64,000 nucleotides of DNA from Rhodosorus marinus CCMP1338. Taxonomy: Eukaryota; Plantae; Rhodophyta. Positions 23,704-35,422 of this stretch are shown here, piece after piece. Numbering within the stretch: the first letter of the stretch is position 1; every line of letters begins with the position of its first letter. Both the position numbers and the translations under genes were made by a program. The notes beneath the pieces were generated by a model. The model was not told the origin of the DNA. It did no database searches and saw only the letters and a list, made by a program, of their open reading frames with translations. The stretch is taken from positions 124,001 through 188,000 of the forward strand of contig JAMWBK010000006.1 of NCBI GenBank assembly GCA_029953675.1, written 5' to 3'.

Positions 23704-25195
23704 GTGAAGAGTACCTCCTCTTGGTCTCTAGTCCAGTGAAACTGGATGGTGGTCCAGCATATTATGTATATTTGGTTTAACATGTCAACTAGGGATTCGT
23801 AACTTATGTACAAAGCAACTGTGTTCAGTTATATTCGCTTTCGACCGAAGAAGTCTTGTGACGAGTGAGGATGAAGTTTTGATGCGGCTGTGCTACTACA
23901 CACAAAAACGTTATCGCGTTAGCGTATGTATTAATATTAAAACAACTTGGGATCTTACACATGCAGCACCGAACATACGGAAGTTCGATTGATAGGTCAA
24001 TTCGAGCAATTTTTTTGGAAAAAAAGATTGAGATTGAGCAAGACCGTGCCACAATGAACACATTGTGAGTGGCAGGTGGAAATTCTGGGAGAAGTTTCTC
24101 CTAGAGAAGTGACTTGTACACAGGCAAGAATGTATTATTGGAAAGGTTCGCATCCGCAAGGTTGTATGGCCAGGAAAGATTAAAACAACTCGATCAAGCG
24201 TCACCAGGCTATGCGGGATTGGCGCCAAAGGGATGGGCCCCGGAGCTGGCAAGGACGATGAAGAAGTGGTGCTCTAAGCACAGTATCTAAGTTTCTTCAA
24301 AAAAACAACGTCCACAAAACATATACAAGCATGAACATAAATAAATAAATATCAAATATATTTACCCAATACAATTCTACTAAACTTCGCTCGTGGACAC
24401 GTGTAAACTTATGAGTGAAGAAAAGTTTTGTATAAACTAACCAACATATCGCGCGTGTCCAAGAAAACTCAAAAACACCCAATGGAAGCCTACCCGCTAC
24501 CGATCTTCCACGGCAAAAAAAAACAACAACCAAAAACGCCAGTATTATTCACGAGCGATCTGTCGATGTTCATAAATATTCGCACGATCAGCAAATTTCA
24601 CTGGCACACTAAAGTCATAATAAAATGTAAACTTTAAGCTAATTGTCAACAGACGGGGAGTAGTTTTTGTTGAACAATTCATAAAAGAATAAATATATAT
24701 TGTAATATCATAATTTAATAGTATATGTATCATTTGAGCTGAAGAAAGTAGCAAATGATGTAATTATTTAGGAACAGGGTGTATTCGACGTAAGTCGTGG
24801 GTCGATATTTTTTCATGTAGTTGGTACGAACACTGGGGAAACATGGAGAGAAAATTTTAGATCGGAATGAAAGGACGGGTTCCGGGGATTGACTTTTTGG
24901 AACGAATAAGGTTTTGGTTTGAACCTCGTTTGGAAGGTCTTTGGAGCAGGAGGTAAATTCATTTTGGGATTGTAAGTTGATGATCCTCCCTACGACTTTG
25001 TTGGACCTCCGCGTTTGTATCTTTTCGCTGAGCGATAGACAATTCTTCCCAATAGAAACTTGAATTTGACGGAGTGAAGAAAGGACCTTTTCTTTCGCTG
25101 CTCTGAACGGGACCGTTTTCTCTTTCTCTTTTCTGGTCCTTGTTTTCGCTGACTTTTGTCTGCCGTAGCTTTAAGGTCTTCGCAACGATAATTTT

Positions 25196-26950
25196 ATGAG
25201 TAAGGAACAGAAACCAACGTTGGGAAGCGGCGCTATTAAGACCCGCAAGCGCAATATTCATACAAAGAACGATCCGGAAGCTTTTCGAGATAAAATCTTT
25301 GCAATTTTTGATGAGGCGGTAAGTATGTTTCCCGGTCAGTGCCGAAGGCGGGGCGCCTTTGACCCCTTGGGCCGATTCAAAGCGCGTGCATGGGGTCTTT
25401 TGATCTAACGGGGGAATTCCGATCGCACTCACGAATCGTCTTCAGGGAGGTGAAGTCAAGCAACAGTTGAGTTTGCTGGATGACGATTCCTTGGACTACC
25501 AGCGATATGGAGAGGTCTTTGCTGAGATCATCCTGGCGGGCAATATTGTCATGCCCGGCGGATCGGTCAATCAACCCCCGACAGAATACTGTGTATTCGC
25601 AGCTGAAACTGATGACGACGTCCTGGTACGGCTCGCCCAACTGTTCTCAGCGGAGTTTGCGCCACTTTCTCATCCGAGCAAATGTGTTTCCTATTGTCGT
25701 GCTTAATTATTGTCGGACATGAAAAGAAAACGATCGATCTTTTCCATCAGCTGATGAGGAGGAAACCCTTTCTGCGCACTCGCCTGGACAATGTGATGAC
25801 AAAACTCCTCCTTTGCGGTTCTGTCTTCTCTGAGAAGGAGCGGACTAACCTTGCGAAGGCGTCAGTCCTTCTCATTCAACGGAACATGGTGAGAACGCCC
25901 TTAGAAATCTATCCGAGCCATGCAATTTACTTATCCCATAAATTGTACGGCGTTGTGCACGTATCGCTTTTTCCCTCGAAGATAACTGTGACAGTTCTCC
26001 AAAAGTTGAGCACGAAAGCATGCGTGGAATCCGGGTTTTCGCTGAACTTTTTCATGACCATGATCTCCGAGTATACGAGCGACAGCAACGGGGAGGTGGA
26101 CAAGCTACTCGTACTTTTGAAGAACGCGAGGCTAGATCAGGATGCCTTGCTTGAGATGATGCCGCCAAAGGATCGTTCTCAGGAAGCGCTCAATGCTAAA
26201 CTCACAGAGCACGGCCTGGAGAAGCTTGTTGAGCAGTACGAGAAGAAGAAGAAGCAGGGAACCCTGGTGGAACTGGCTGAGGGAGTCAAGGAAAGGATCG
26301 ATGACAAGATTGCACCCGCAGAGATTCACCAGTGGGTTCTGGGCCAGGCCGAGGTCTCATCGTTGAATGACAAGGAAGTCCTGCACTGCGTGTGGGATGG
26401 AATTGCGAAGGATGAAGACGCCTCCAGGAAGGCGCATCAAAAGCGAGCTCTTCTTCTTAGTAACATGAGTGAGTAATTGTGTGGCAAGACTGTAGTAGTG
26501 AAATCGATTCGCATTCAGCATGTGATACTGAGCAGCCCTTGGGCTCGCGTTTTGTTGCTCTTGGTTGTCATACAGATACTTACTCGCCACTCTTGGAAGA
26601 GGTGTGCAAAGGTGATATGATGGAGCAGGATTTGATTATCCGCATTCAAAACTTCATTGCTGCGGACATGGAAATGCTCAATTCCGGAACGTTTCGTGAT
26701 GCTGTGAATCTGCTGTATCGAAAGGATGTTCTCAGTGAAGAAGCTATTCATACTTGGTATAGGTATGTTTCTGGGACGATGGAGTAGATATTCGGCTGAT
26801 CGTGTGTGACTAATTCTTTGCCCTTGTGTTCGATGGTGCAGGCGAATTTATACTCTAAATAAGGGCAGCGCCGCCAGTAGCAATATTCTCCGCGACCAGA
26901 TGACACCTTTTATTAAGTGGTTAGAGACCGCGGAAGAGGAGTCTGAGTGA
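25196..26950 (+). CDS. BZW: BZW / eIF5-mimic protein (5MP) with a C-terminal W2 domain, multi-exon
   Basis: N-terminus KPTLGSGAIKTRKRN…DPEAFRD, the segment RYGEVFAEIILAG, and C-terminal LYRKDVLSEEAIHTWY…QMTPFIKWLETAEEESE*. Internal exon boundaries are only partly resolved. Confidence 0.93.
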
Positions 26951-28279
26951 AGCGTCATGGCGCACGGAGTGCCAAGTTTTCTTTTTTTGTTGGTGGTAAC
27001 AGAGGTTCTTTTGGTCTAGGATTTTAGCCAACGTCGACTCAAACGGTTTGTGCTGAATGCTTTGGCGGTCAGCCGAATTCGAAATGAAAGAAGCATGCAA
27101 AAACTTGCATCGAAGAAACCACTTGCAGGTTCAGCGGACCACCGCCACCAGTTTCTCGTAGATGCGTTCCGGAGTAGTTTGTTAAATCATGCCTCTAGGG
27201 GATAAGAGTCTAAAGTCTGAGACAACGCGGGAGCGAAGGTATCCCGGGCTCGTTCCTTCATGAGCAGCTCGCTAGACTCCGGGATACCCTCGTCGACAGT
27301 AACGCAATCTGCCGACGAAGGTTGTTCGAATACCTGCCGGAAGGAATGAGCCCTCCATAGCTTCGTCGGCGGATTGCGCAGCGTTGTTCGAGCGTCGTCT
27401 CAGAGTGGGACAAATCCAAGCAACCATCCTCAGCTGGAAATGAGCCCGCGTGGCTTCCGCAGACAGCAACACCTGTCTTCGTGCGCGTCAATCAACGTCG
27501 TGAAGCGCATGCGGTCCATTCAGTTTAACATTCTCGCATCACTTCCATGACGGGCTAGACCGCGAACTGCGGTCAGTATTGCCCGGCGGCCCGTACTTGG
27601 GAACCTGAGCTAACGCTGTGCAAGACCTCGCAATGAGCACGAAGTTTTCGATCTACAACCCACTCTGATGGTTTTGGATGAGCGCAGTGGATCCACTAGT
27701 CAAGGTACAAGAAACTCCTGCGCGTGACCTTGGAACCTCAGCATCTAGTCTCGGGCTCTCAGAACGCGTCAATCCACCGGGCACCCCAATCTGCACCACT
27801 CGTCTACACATGCCCAAGTTGGTATGCAGCTCATCGCAAGAAGCTAGAACGCAGTGCTGCAGGCAACTACACCGCCTCCATTTGTATTTGACACAGTTCG
27901 GGACGTGTCCACTACAACTCCTACAGCTACCTACCAGGGCAGCTAAAAGATATCACAAAACCGGTCAAAACGGCCCACCACAGTGAGCAGAAGAGCCGGT
28001 GACGAGCCTCATCCGCCCTAATTTTCCCGCTTCACATAACAAACGGATACGATTTTACTACTTGTTTGCTCATCTCAATGTTGCAGAATCACTAAATAAG
28101 ACCCAGGCCGCATTTGGGTTTCGACTATTCTACCTTGACGATAGTGCACCGGCCATCTTCAAAGCCTTTCTGGAGGTCTCGGCGTTTACGGTCGGGTTTG
28201 GGTTGCGGGGGTAAATGGTTATGGAGATGCGCGAGAAGGATTGAAGGACTCTTTTGTTATCACTGTTGGGACGAAAAAA

Positions 28280-29068
28280 ATGTTTCGAGCTAGCAGAACG
28301 CTGTTACAGGAATCGCCGTTGGTTCAGAGGAAGCTTTTGCAGCTTCCGGCGGAGCAGCGGCTGTTCGAGGAGACGATGCTGAGGGGACGCGAGAATGTAA
28401 ATTTGGTTAGACAGTTGATTCGAAATCGCGTGCATATGGGACATCGAGCCTTTTTTTCCAATCGGAGAATGTATCAGTATATATACGGAGAGCGGAATGG
28501 GATGCATGTGATAAACCTGGATAAGACGGTCATATTGATGAGAAGAGGAATGGCCCTCATCCGTGAGATGGTTGCGAACAATTGCACCGTCATGTGGTGT
28601 GCTCCTAACAAGGATGAAATATTCAGGGTCGTTTCACCGTTGGCACAGCAGGCAAATGCGTATTTATTGAGAGGAAAATTCGTTCCGGGGACCCTCACAG
28701 ATCCGGTTGAGTCCCGTCAGGCTGTTAGGTAGGGTGCGGCAAGCATTGATACAATTTAGTAACCGTCACTCAACAAACTGTTTCGCTTTGTGCTCTTAAG
28801 GTATGGATATAAACTCCCTGGGTGTCTATTCATTATGAACACAAAGGACAATGCTCGAGCAGTGCACGAGGCCGCCTTACTAAGCATTCCCGTCGTAGGA
28901 ATCGTAGATACTGATGTGAACCCAGACCCTGTTACTTACCCCATTCCTGGCAATGATGAGAGTCCACAAGCGATAAACCTGTACGCGAACTTTGCCATGC
29001 AAGCGATGTTGGAAGGCAAGGCGCTTCGAGAACGCCGAGGGGGCGGCAGTGCAGGACGTTCAAGATAG
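28280..29068 (+). CDS. rps2: Bacterial-type ribosomal protein uS2, nucleus-encoded, probably mitochondrial, 238 aa
   Basis: Exons 28280-28728 and 28801-29068 (717 nt). Motifs VHMGH…YIYGERNGMHVINLDKT and IPVVGIVDTDVNP…YPIPGNDES. Presequence-like start MFRASRTLLQ. Confidence 0.92.
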
Positions 29069-29558
29069 GGCACGCGACTTCGGTTGATTACTTGTACAAA
29101 TAATGAGAAGAGGAATCGAATCGATTTAATACGATGGCATGAAATCAGAAACGTATGGGCTCGAAGATCTAATTCTCTAGTTCATCTGTAGAAATTGACC
29201 GTTCTGGGAAAAAGAAGCACGCAGTGAACCTCTAGATGGAACTAGTGAACCGGGAAGCCCAGATCAATCGCATCCGTGAGTTGTGTCGACGGGATGTACG
29301 ATTCGCTGTCGTCGTACTCTCAGATTTGGAGTCGTTGGAATAAGAGATTGACCTTAACCGTTTCATTACTGCTCTTATCTGAAGATAGCTACCAGAGCTT
29401 AGATACAAAAGAGTCGAAAAGATAAAGATGTACTTGAGAGGCTCCGCCTAGTGAAATTTCATGCCCCACCAAAACCTTAGGCTTGGGGACCTACATGTCC
29501 TGCCGAATTCAAATCTTGAAAAGCTGCAGTGGAATACAAGAAAGTAGGCACTACATAG

Positions 29559-29564
<6 letters not shown>

Positions 29565-29614
<50 letters not shown>
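29565..29614. repeat. (TC)25 microsatellite
   Basis: Perfect dinucleotide run read directly from the sequence. Confidence 0.97.
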
Positions 29615-29617
<3 letters not shown>

Positions 29618-30808
29618 CTGCCTCCGTTCAGTCCGTCGCGGTTCTTCAGAATGATGGGAGGCACCTCGCAAACATAGCAAACACAGGTTGCAGTACTATA
29701 TAGTACAAATAGAATAGTACGAAGCACCTCCCTCCCCTCTGCGCCTCAAAAATGCGGATTGCGACATACTCGTATTTTATATCTAAAACATGTTGACCGT
29801 TACGATCGACGTGAAACTCGTCATTTCATCAGATTACGCCCCTCTCCCCCCCCTTAGATACCAACTTTTCACAATACAAAACTATCACATTGAAAATTTT
29901 TATCAAGACGTAAGGGCTCTTTCCCATTTCGGTCTAGGGGTAGAAAACGCCTGCTAGTTATTTCTTCTTTACCCCTGGGTAGGGTTGTAAAACGAAAGGA
30001 TTCTTGCTCTCTTAAATAACTTATTAAATTCAAATAGCTTTGTCCAATCAAATGTGCTACTATCCGTTTACAATTAGGGGGGTTAAATCGACAAGAAGTA
30101 TACTAGTATGGCGAAATAATCATCCAAAAACGGGTAAAGCGATCTTTTGGTGGTGGAAACTACCCCCGGGTAGAATTGTGTCGGAAAAGAAAACGAATAG
30201 AATGATCAAGAAAAAAGATATATTGAATTTATATTATATTGCGGATGAATTTACTGGGACAGGAAAATTACTTGATACAGCCAATGTTCCTGCGTTGATC
30301 ACCCAGGAAAGAAATACTGTCTATTTTATTCATTTTAAGAAGTTGTAGTTTGCTTGTCATAAATCTTGATGGGTGAGTCACTCCTGGTTTTGTTTCTTAC
30401 GGGAGTTTTAGACCGGTCGTTGAATAAGGAAGCCTACTGGTGAAATGGAAGGTGAAGCACAAGGTGAGGAGGAAGAGAGAGGATGAGGATGAAGATGAGG
30501 AGGAGAAGCTTGGAATGTACATGGAAATCGAAATTGTAAGGGTTACTAGATAAACATTGTTGGACAGGAGGTGAGAAGATTCTTGGAGGTTGTTTTCGGG
30601 ATTTTGGATTCGTGTGGTGAGTCAGGGTTGCGGAGGTCCGGGATGGTATTGAAGATCTAACCCGCGCGGATGGTGTTCTCCTTACGAGCTGGTGTATTTT
30701 GCCGGAAAATCTGACTGCATTTGGTTTTTTGTTGGTTCTGCGGCGTTGCTTGTTCGTCCGGAATAGAACTCGTATTCATAATCTGCGGAGTCTTTGGGAT
30801 TCAACGGG

Positions 30809-31805
30809 ATGAAAGCTTTCGTAAGTTTTGTCGCGATCTGCTTGGCAGTGATTGGGACATATGGGGCCGCCCTTGATCATGTTGCGAGGCAGGAATCACC
30901 ATCAGAATCTGCTTCACCAACACCCGCAGAGTATCCAATCAACTGCAACGCAAGCATGCAAGCACCGGATATTCCAGAGGTCAGTTTTGGGGTCGGCTTC
31001 GAAACTCATTTTAAAGGAGACGTTTCAACTTGTGATGCTTACAGTGCCGCGATAGATTCGGCAGTCAAAGGTGTACTGTCGAGAAACAGCGGCGTGAACC
31101 AGTGGTAGGGCCTTGCAGAACGCCTGAAAGCGAATCACTCAGTTTGCTAGTCACACTCTCTCAGAGCCAGTTAGCTCCTGAGAAAGCCCCATACAGATAC
31201 CTGAGCAAGACTATGTTTTAATCACGCGCAGGACAACTGTGCTTTCAAATCAGACTGAGTCTGACGGCCTTGACTTGGGATATGTTGCCGTGGTTGGCGC
31301 CTTTGAGATACAGAAATTCGCTCCAGGATCTACGTTTGCGACGTACCTTGGTAGTGAGGAGTGGGTAAACGATCTGAACGACGCTGGAGTAAGTGTTACA
31401 TCTGCCGATACTGGAGAGCTCGAGATAGAGCCAGGGGTAAGACTGATCAAGCATGGGCTGGTCCCCAGCTTCTCCGAAAGCCTCGTTTTCTTTATAGTGG
31501 TCTCGGGCCTATTGCTCTAGGTACGGGGTTACCAGCAACTGACTTGCCTCGAATTTCTTCCCTCCCAGGAACCGGCCACCGTAACAGCTGGTGTAATTGC
31601 GGCATCAATCATCGGTGGAATATTGCTGCTCGCCATCATTGGCTTGAACATGATGTGGTACTGGCGAAACAGGGAGGAAAGGAAGACCAGAGAAGAAGAT
31701 GAGAAAATTCAACAACTATACCAGGATGCGCGAGAGGGAAGCTCATCCAATTCTCTCAATGACCATATACCGCCGGAAATTGAAGGCGACGAATTTGAAG
31801 ATTAA
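30809..31805 (+). CDS. Type I single-pass membrane protein of unknown function, about 245 aa
   Basis: Exons 30809-31104, 31232-31436 and 31569-31805 (an alternative in-frame acceptor lies near 31520). Signal peptide MKAFVSFVAICLAVIGTYG, transmembrane segment GVIAASIIGGILLLAIIGLNMMWYW, then a basic stop-transfer and an acidic tail. Confidence 0.8.
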
Positions 31806-32388
31806 CTAGTAGTCGACAAGACCCGGTCACGATGTGCAACTCAAGACAACGGGCCTCTCCGCACGGCGATGATTTATTTCCGATCGTATTACTCTGGAAC
31901 ATCCCGCGTTCCACAAGCAAACCAGTACCGACCAGGGCGCCGCTGTCAGTTCGAGTAAGCGATACTACTCGCGCACGGAAGATCTCTCCGTCGTGAAAAT
32001 CCAACCCTGAGCTGTTGTTGGTCTGCATTGATGACATCCAATCGTCACTGCGCGAAGTGAACAGCGCTGGCGCGGGAGCAGGGGGAAGGCACCTATGTAG
32101 TTTCCAAGTACTAGTCGATGTATTACTCAACCCAATGCTACAGGGTACACTCGTAGATGATCGTTGCTTCCAGCGGAAACCTGGGTAACTAATTTTGTTT
32201 AGCGTTTCCTTTTTGGAGACATTTTTGCCATTATCCCGCTTTTTTTTTTGTTCTGGATTTGTTCTTTAATGCTGCCAATGACGAATAAAATAGAATCGTG
32301 GACTCTGCTCTGAGAGTGAAAGCCCATCTTCGCATACAATTTACAGGTTCGAGCCTAGCTTGGCACCCCACAGTGATAGCAAGCCTGT

Positions 32389-33273
32389 CTACCCCTGAAC
32401 CGATAACAACTTCTGTTCACAGTAGGCTGCGGACTGCTTCAACTCGTCAGTTAGCTTGAGCAATTCCTCGATCCGAAACTCCTCCGGTTCGGATGTGAAC
32501 TTCAGTATACTGTCGTGGACCTTTCGCAGACAAACGTGGTTTTAACACATTAGAGAAAAAGCTGAAAAGCACCGGCGGACTGACGGGGTGTCACCACTTA
32601 CCGAGTCGAATCGCTGAAGCTGGGCCATAAGCTGCGTTGCTTGATTATCAAGCATTGAACCTTCAGATCTTCCCATTGCCAGTTCGGCACGAAGCTGCTG
32701 AATTTCTGCATCCAGATTTTGCTCCTCTGCAATGTCAGATTTTGATGCTGGACGGGCACTGCTCAAGACCAGCTCTGTCTTGACGTTTTCAGGAACGTTA
32801 AATATGTTCCTTAGCAGATACAGTTCGAGCTTGTCAAAGTTCGAATCCAGGGAGCTTTGCACCGTGGACAATACCCTTGAGACCCCCTGCTTTGGAGAAC
32901 CAACGCGTGGTTGGCCACGCAGGATACCTTCAGCTGAAAAAACTCTACTGAAAACCCTCCAGTTCTACGTATCTTTACGTACCTTGGACGTGTCTCGATC
33001 ACGAAAGTCCCGCTTTAGCGAGGCTTCCAGCGCATCGACGGAATCGCAAAGATAATTGCCCGCGGAATTGGTCAACTCGTCAATGCACTCTCGTGGGTCA
33101 AAGCCGAAAAAATTTTGAGCTCGAACTTCCCAACCATTGGTCTCTTCGGCGATACCCAAGTCCTCACCCTTCGCCCCGTCATCCTCCAGTCCTTGTTTCA
33201 GCCCATCTTCAACCTCCATGCCGTGTACCTCAACATCACCCTGACCAAACTCCCGGGTTTCAGTCCTCTCCAT
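32389..33273 (-). CDS. MIS12: Kinetochore protein MIS12, about 235 aa
   Basis: Exons 33273-32983, 32886-32602 and 32520-32389 (708 nt). Signatures FFGFDPRECIDELTNS…DSVDALE and LDSNFDKLELYLLRNIF, followed by a coiled coil. Confidence 0.85.
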
Positions 33274-34128
33274 CGCTTCTATGTCCTTTTCTACCTCTAC
33301 AACCTCTCCATTGCTCAGCTATACCCATCACCCTTACCTCACCCCCTGACTATCCACCGGCTTCACCAACAACAAGCCACCCCGCAAACGCATACCAACG
33401 TAGCTGAAGACTTTCCGAAGGAATCAGCCAAAAAATATTTATTCTAAAAAATATATTTGAAATCTGCAAGAAAGTCAAGTGGACCGAACTAGCCGTTAAT
33501 TCCTACCTCGTATAATGATTGCTATTCAGTCAATATACGAAATAGGGTTGCTGGGTTCAATCCCGTAAGAACGAGTGAAAGCAATGATTAACACTAATTT
33601 GAGCTAACCTAACAAATTAGTGAGTGTGTTATGATATTAGGGTTTTTTTAACCGAATAAGAACATGTTACGTGTCCTTGAGAATTGGATGTGAAGAAATG
33701 AGCAGCTATGATGTTCGCGACTTCATGCTCCGGAGCATTTTGGTTCTCCGTATGTGTCTTCCAGAGAGCGCGATGATCAGAAGCAGTATTAGAGGGACAA
33801 AGATTCCATCAATCATCGGCTTGAAGCAGATGGTTGCCAAAATAGCTCATGAAAACTGCGCTTTTGGCCGTTGTTGATATGCTACCCCCCGCCCCAACTA
33901 GCACACACAGCTTTTTGGATACGTGTTTGAGAAACGCAACCCATGGCGTTGGTCATCTTGTGGGGGGGTGTTTCACCACTGTTCAACATCCACGCGATCT
34001 CTACCTTATGCTGAAAGATTGAAATCGTGCTCAAGTACGCTGTATACGACGAGCGACACGATGAGGCTTTCGGAAGAGTAGTTGCAGAGGTGAACGAGCT
34101 TTTGGTGTCCAACTCGAAAGCGACAACG

Positions 34129-35066
34129 ATGTCGGAGTACTGGGTTTCGAACGCGAGGCATTACTGCAAGTATTGCAAGGTCTGGATTGCTGACAACAAA
34201 ATCCAAAGGAGGCAACATGAGGAGGTAAGTGCTCTCGTCACGCTCAAAACCCTCGTCGTTTGCACACGCTTAATGCAACCTCACATTTTGGGCATTTTCC
34301 GACATTTCACCCGATCATCTGAACTCGGCGAAAGGGGCTCAAGCACAAGGACAATGTGGAGAGGTTCATCTCGAACATGAAGGAGGAGAACCAAAAGATA
34401 AAAGAAGAAGAACTGCGCAAGAAGGAAGAACTGTTTAGAATCAACCAAGCAGCGGAAAGAGCACATTTCCATGACCTATACAAACATCATCCAGACTCTA
34501 ACGAATCGTAATAGCTGCCTCTATTCGCACGTGGCCGCTCAACATGGCAACCAGCCTCGGCTCTGAACATGGCCTTTCGCTTTGGCCTTAAAAATCTTAG
34601 GTACGGCACTTACGACGCTTATGGCGGCTGGTACGATGGACATGGTAACTACTTTACTTACAAGGACGAAAAATGGGAGAATGTTGGATTTTTCCCAGAG
34701 AAGAATTATGTGCCTGGCGCAGCACAGGGCAACACAGGTGCTGACACTAGCCGTGTACCGATAGTGGACGCAGTTGGGAAGCCCGACGAGAAGGAGCCCG
34801 TTGAAGAACTGAAAGCGAACGAAATTGGAGAATGGAAGGAGGTGAAAGGGTCTCACGATAGTACTAACGGAGCTCAGAAGAGGAAGGTTGTAATTTCCGT
34901 GAAAGGAGAGACGGAAAAGCGTCCAGGTGCGGAGGACTCCGAGGACGAGGACGAGGCGAATGCCGCGTCCGGTTGGAAAGTATCAGAAGCTACTGAGGAC
35001 ATTGAACCAGTCACCTTCAAGAAGAGCGCTAGAGGGAAGCGAAAACTCAGAAAACGTGATGATTGA
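34129..35066 (+). CDS. U1-type (matrin) zinc finger protein with an OCRE-like aromatic repeat (ZOP1/WBP4-like splicing factor), 244 aa
   Basis: Exons 34129-34224, 34335-34507 and 34601-35066 (735 nt). MSEYWVSNARHYCKYCKVWIADN…HEE|GLKH; Tyr/Gly-rich segment YGTYDAYGGWYDGHGNYFTY; basic C-terminus. Confidence 0.85.
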
Positions 35067-35422
35067 TGACCCGCGCTAGCCATGTCACGGCATGGCTTCG
35101 TGACTACCGATTCTTCGGTTGTGCATGAGTACTACCGGTGGGCACTGAAAAGTTGTTGCAACGGACAGGCGCTGCTTTCCAGAACCGTTCCAGGTTCGAT
35201 TGACGCGTGTCCCTGTAGACTCTTTTCAAACCAGGCATTCCGTCCGGGATGATGAGTGAGTTTGAAAGGTCCTTTATCGAATGCCAGCAAACCCCCCACT
35301 CACCACAAGCCACGTGACTGCGGACAGGGCTATAATACGACGGGGTAGTTAGTGTAGGAATCGTGATGATTCTATGGACAGCCATCAGTTGCATTGCTTT
35401 GTCGTATACAAGTTAGTCATTA

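Noticed and set aside
27180-28160. Minus-strand open stretches between BZW and rps2
   Set aside because: Some frames are open for 70-100 codons, but candidate donors and acceptors gave stops and nothing was recognisable.
29477-29680. ORFs with (ER)n or (SL)n runs
   Set aside because: Artefacts of translating the TC microsatellite.
32928-32933. Possible 6-nt micro-exon (cag|ctgaag|gtatcc) in MIS12 intron 1
   Set aside because: It would need 49- and 41-nt introns, shorter than the well-supported introns here; a single 96-nt intron explains the protein.
33540-33575. T-loop-like ggttcaatccc suggesting a tRNA
   Set aside because: No acceptor, D or anticodon stems could be formed around it.
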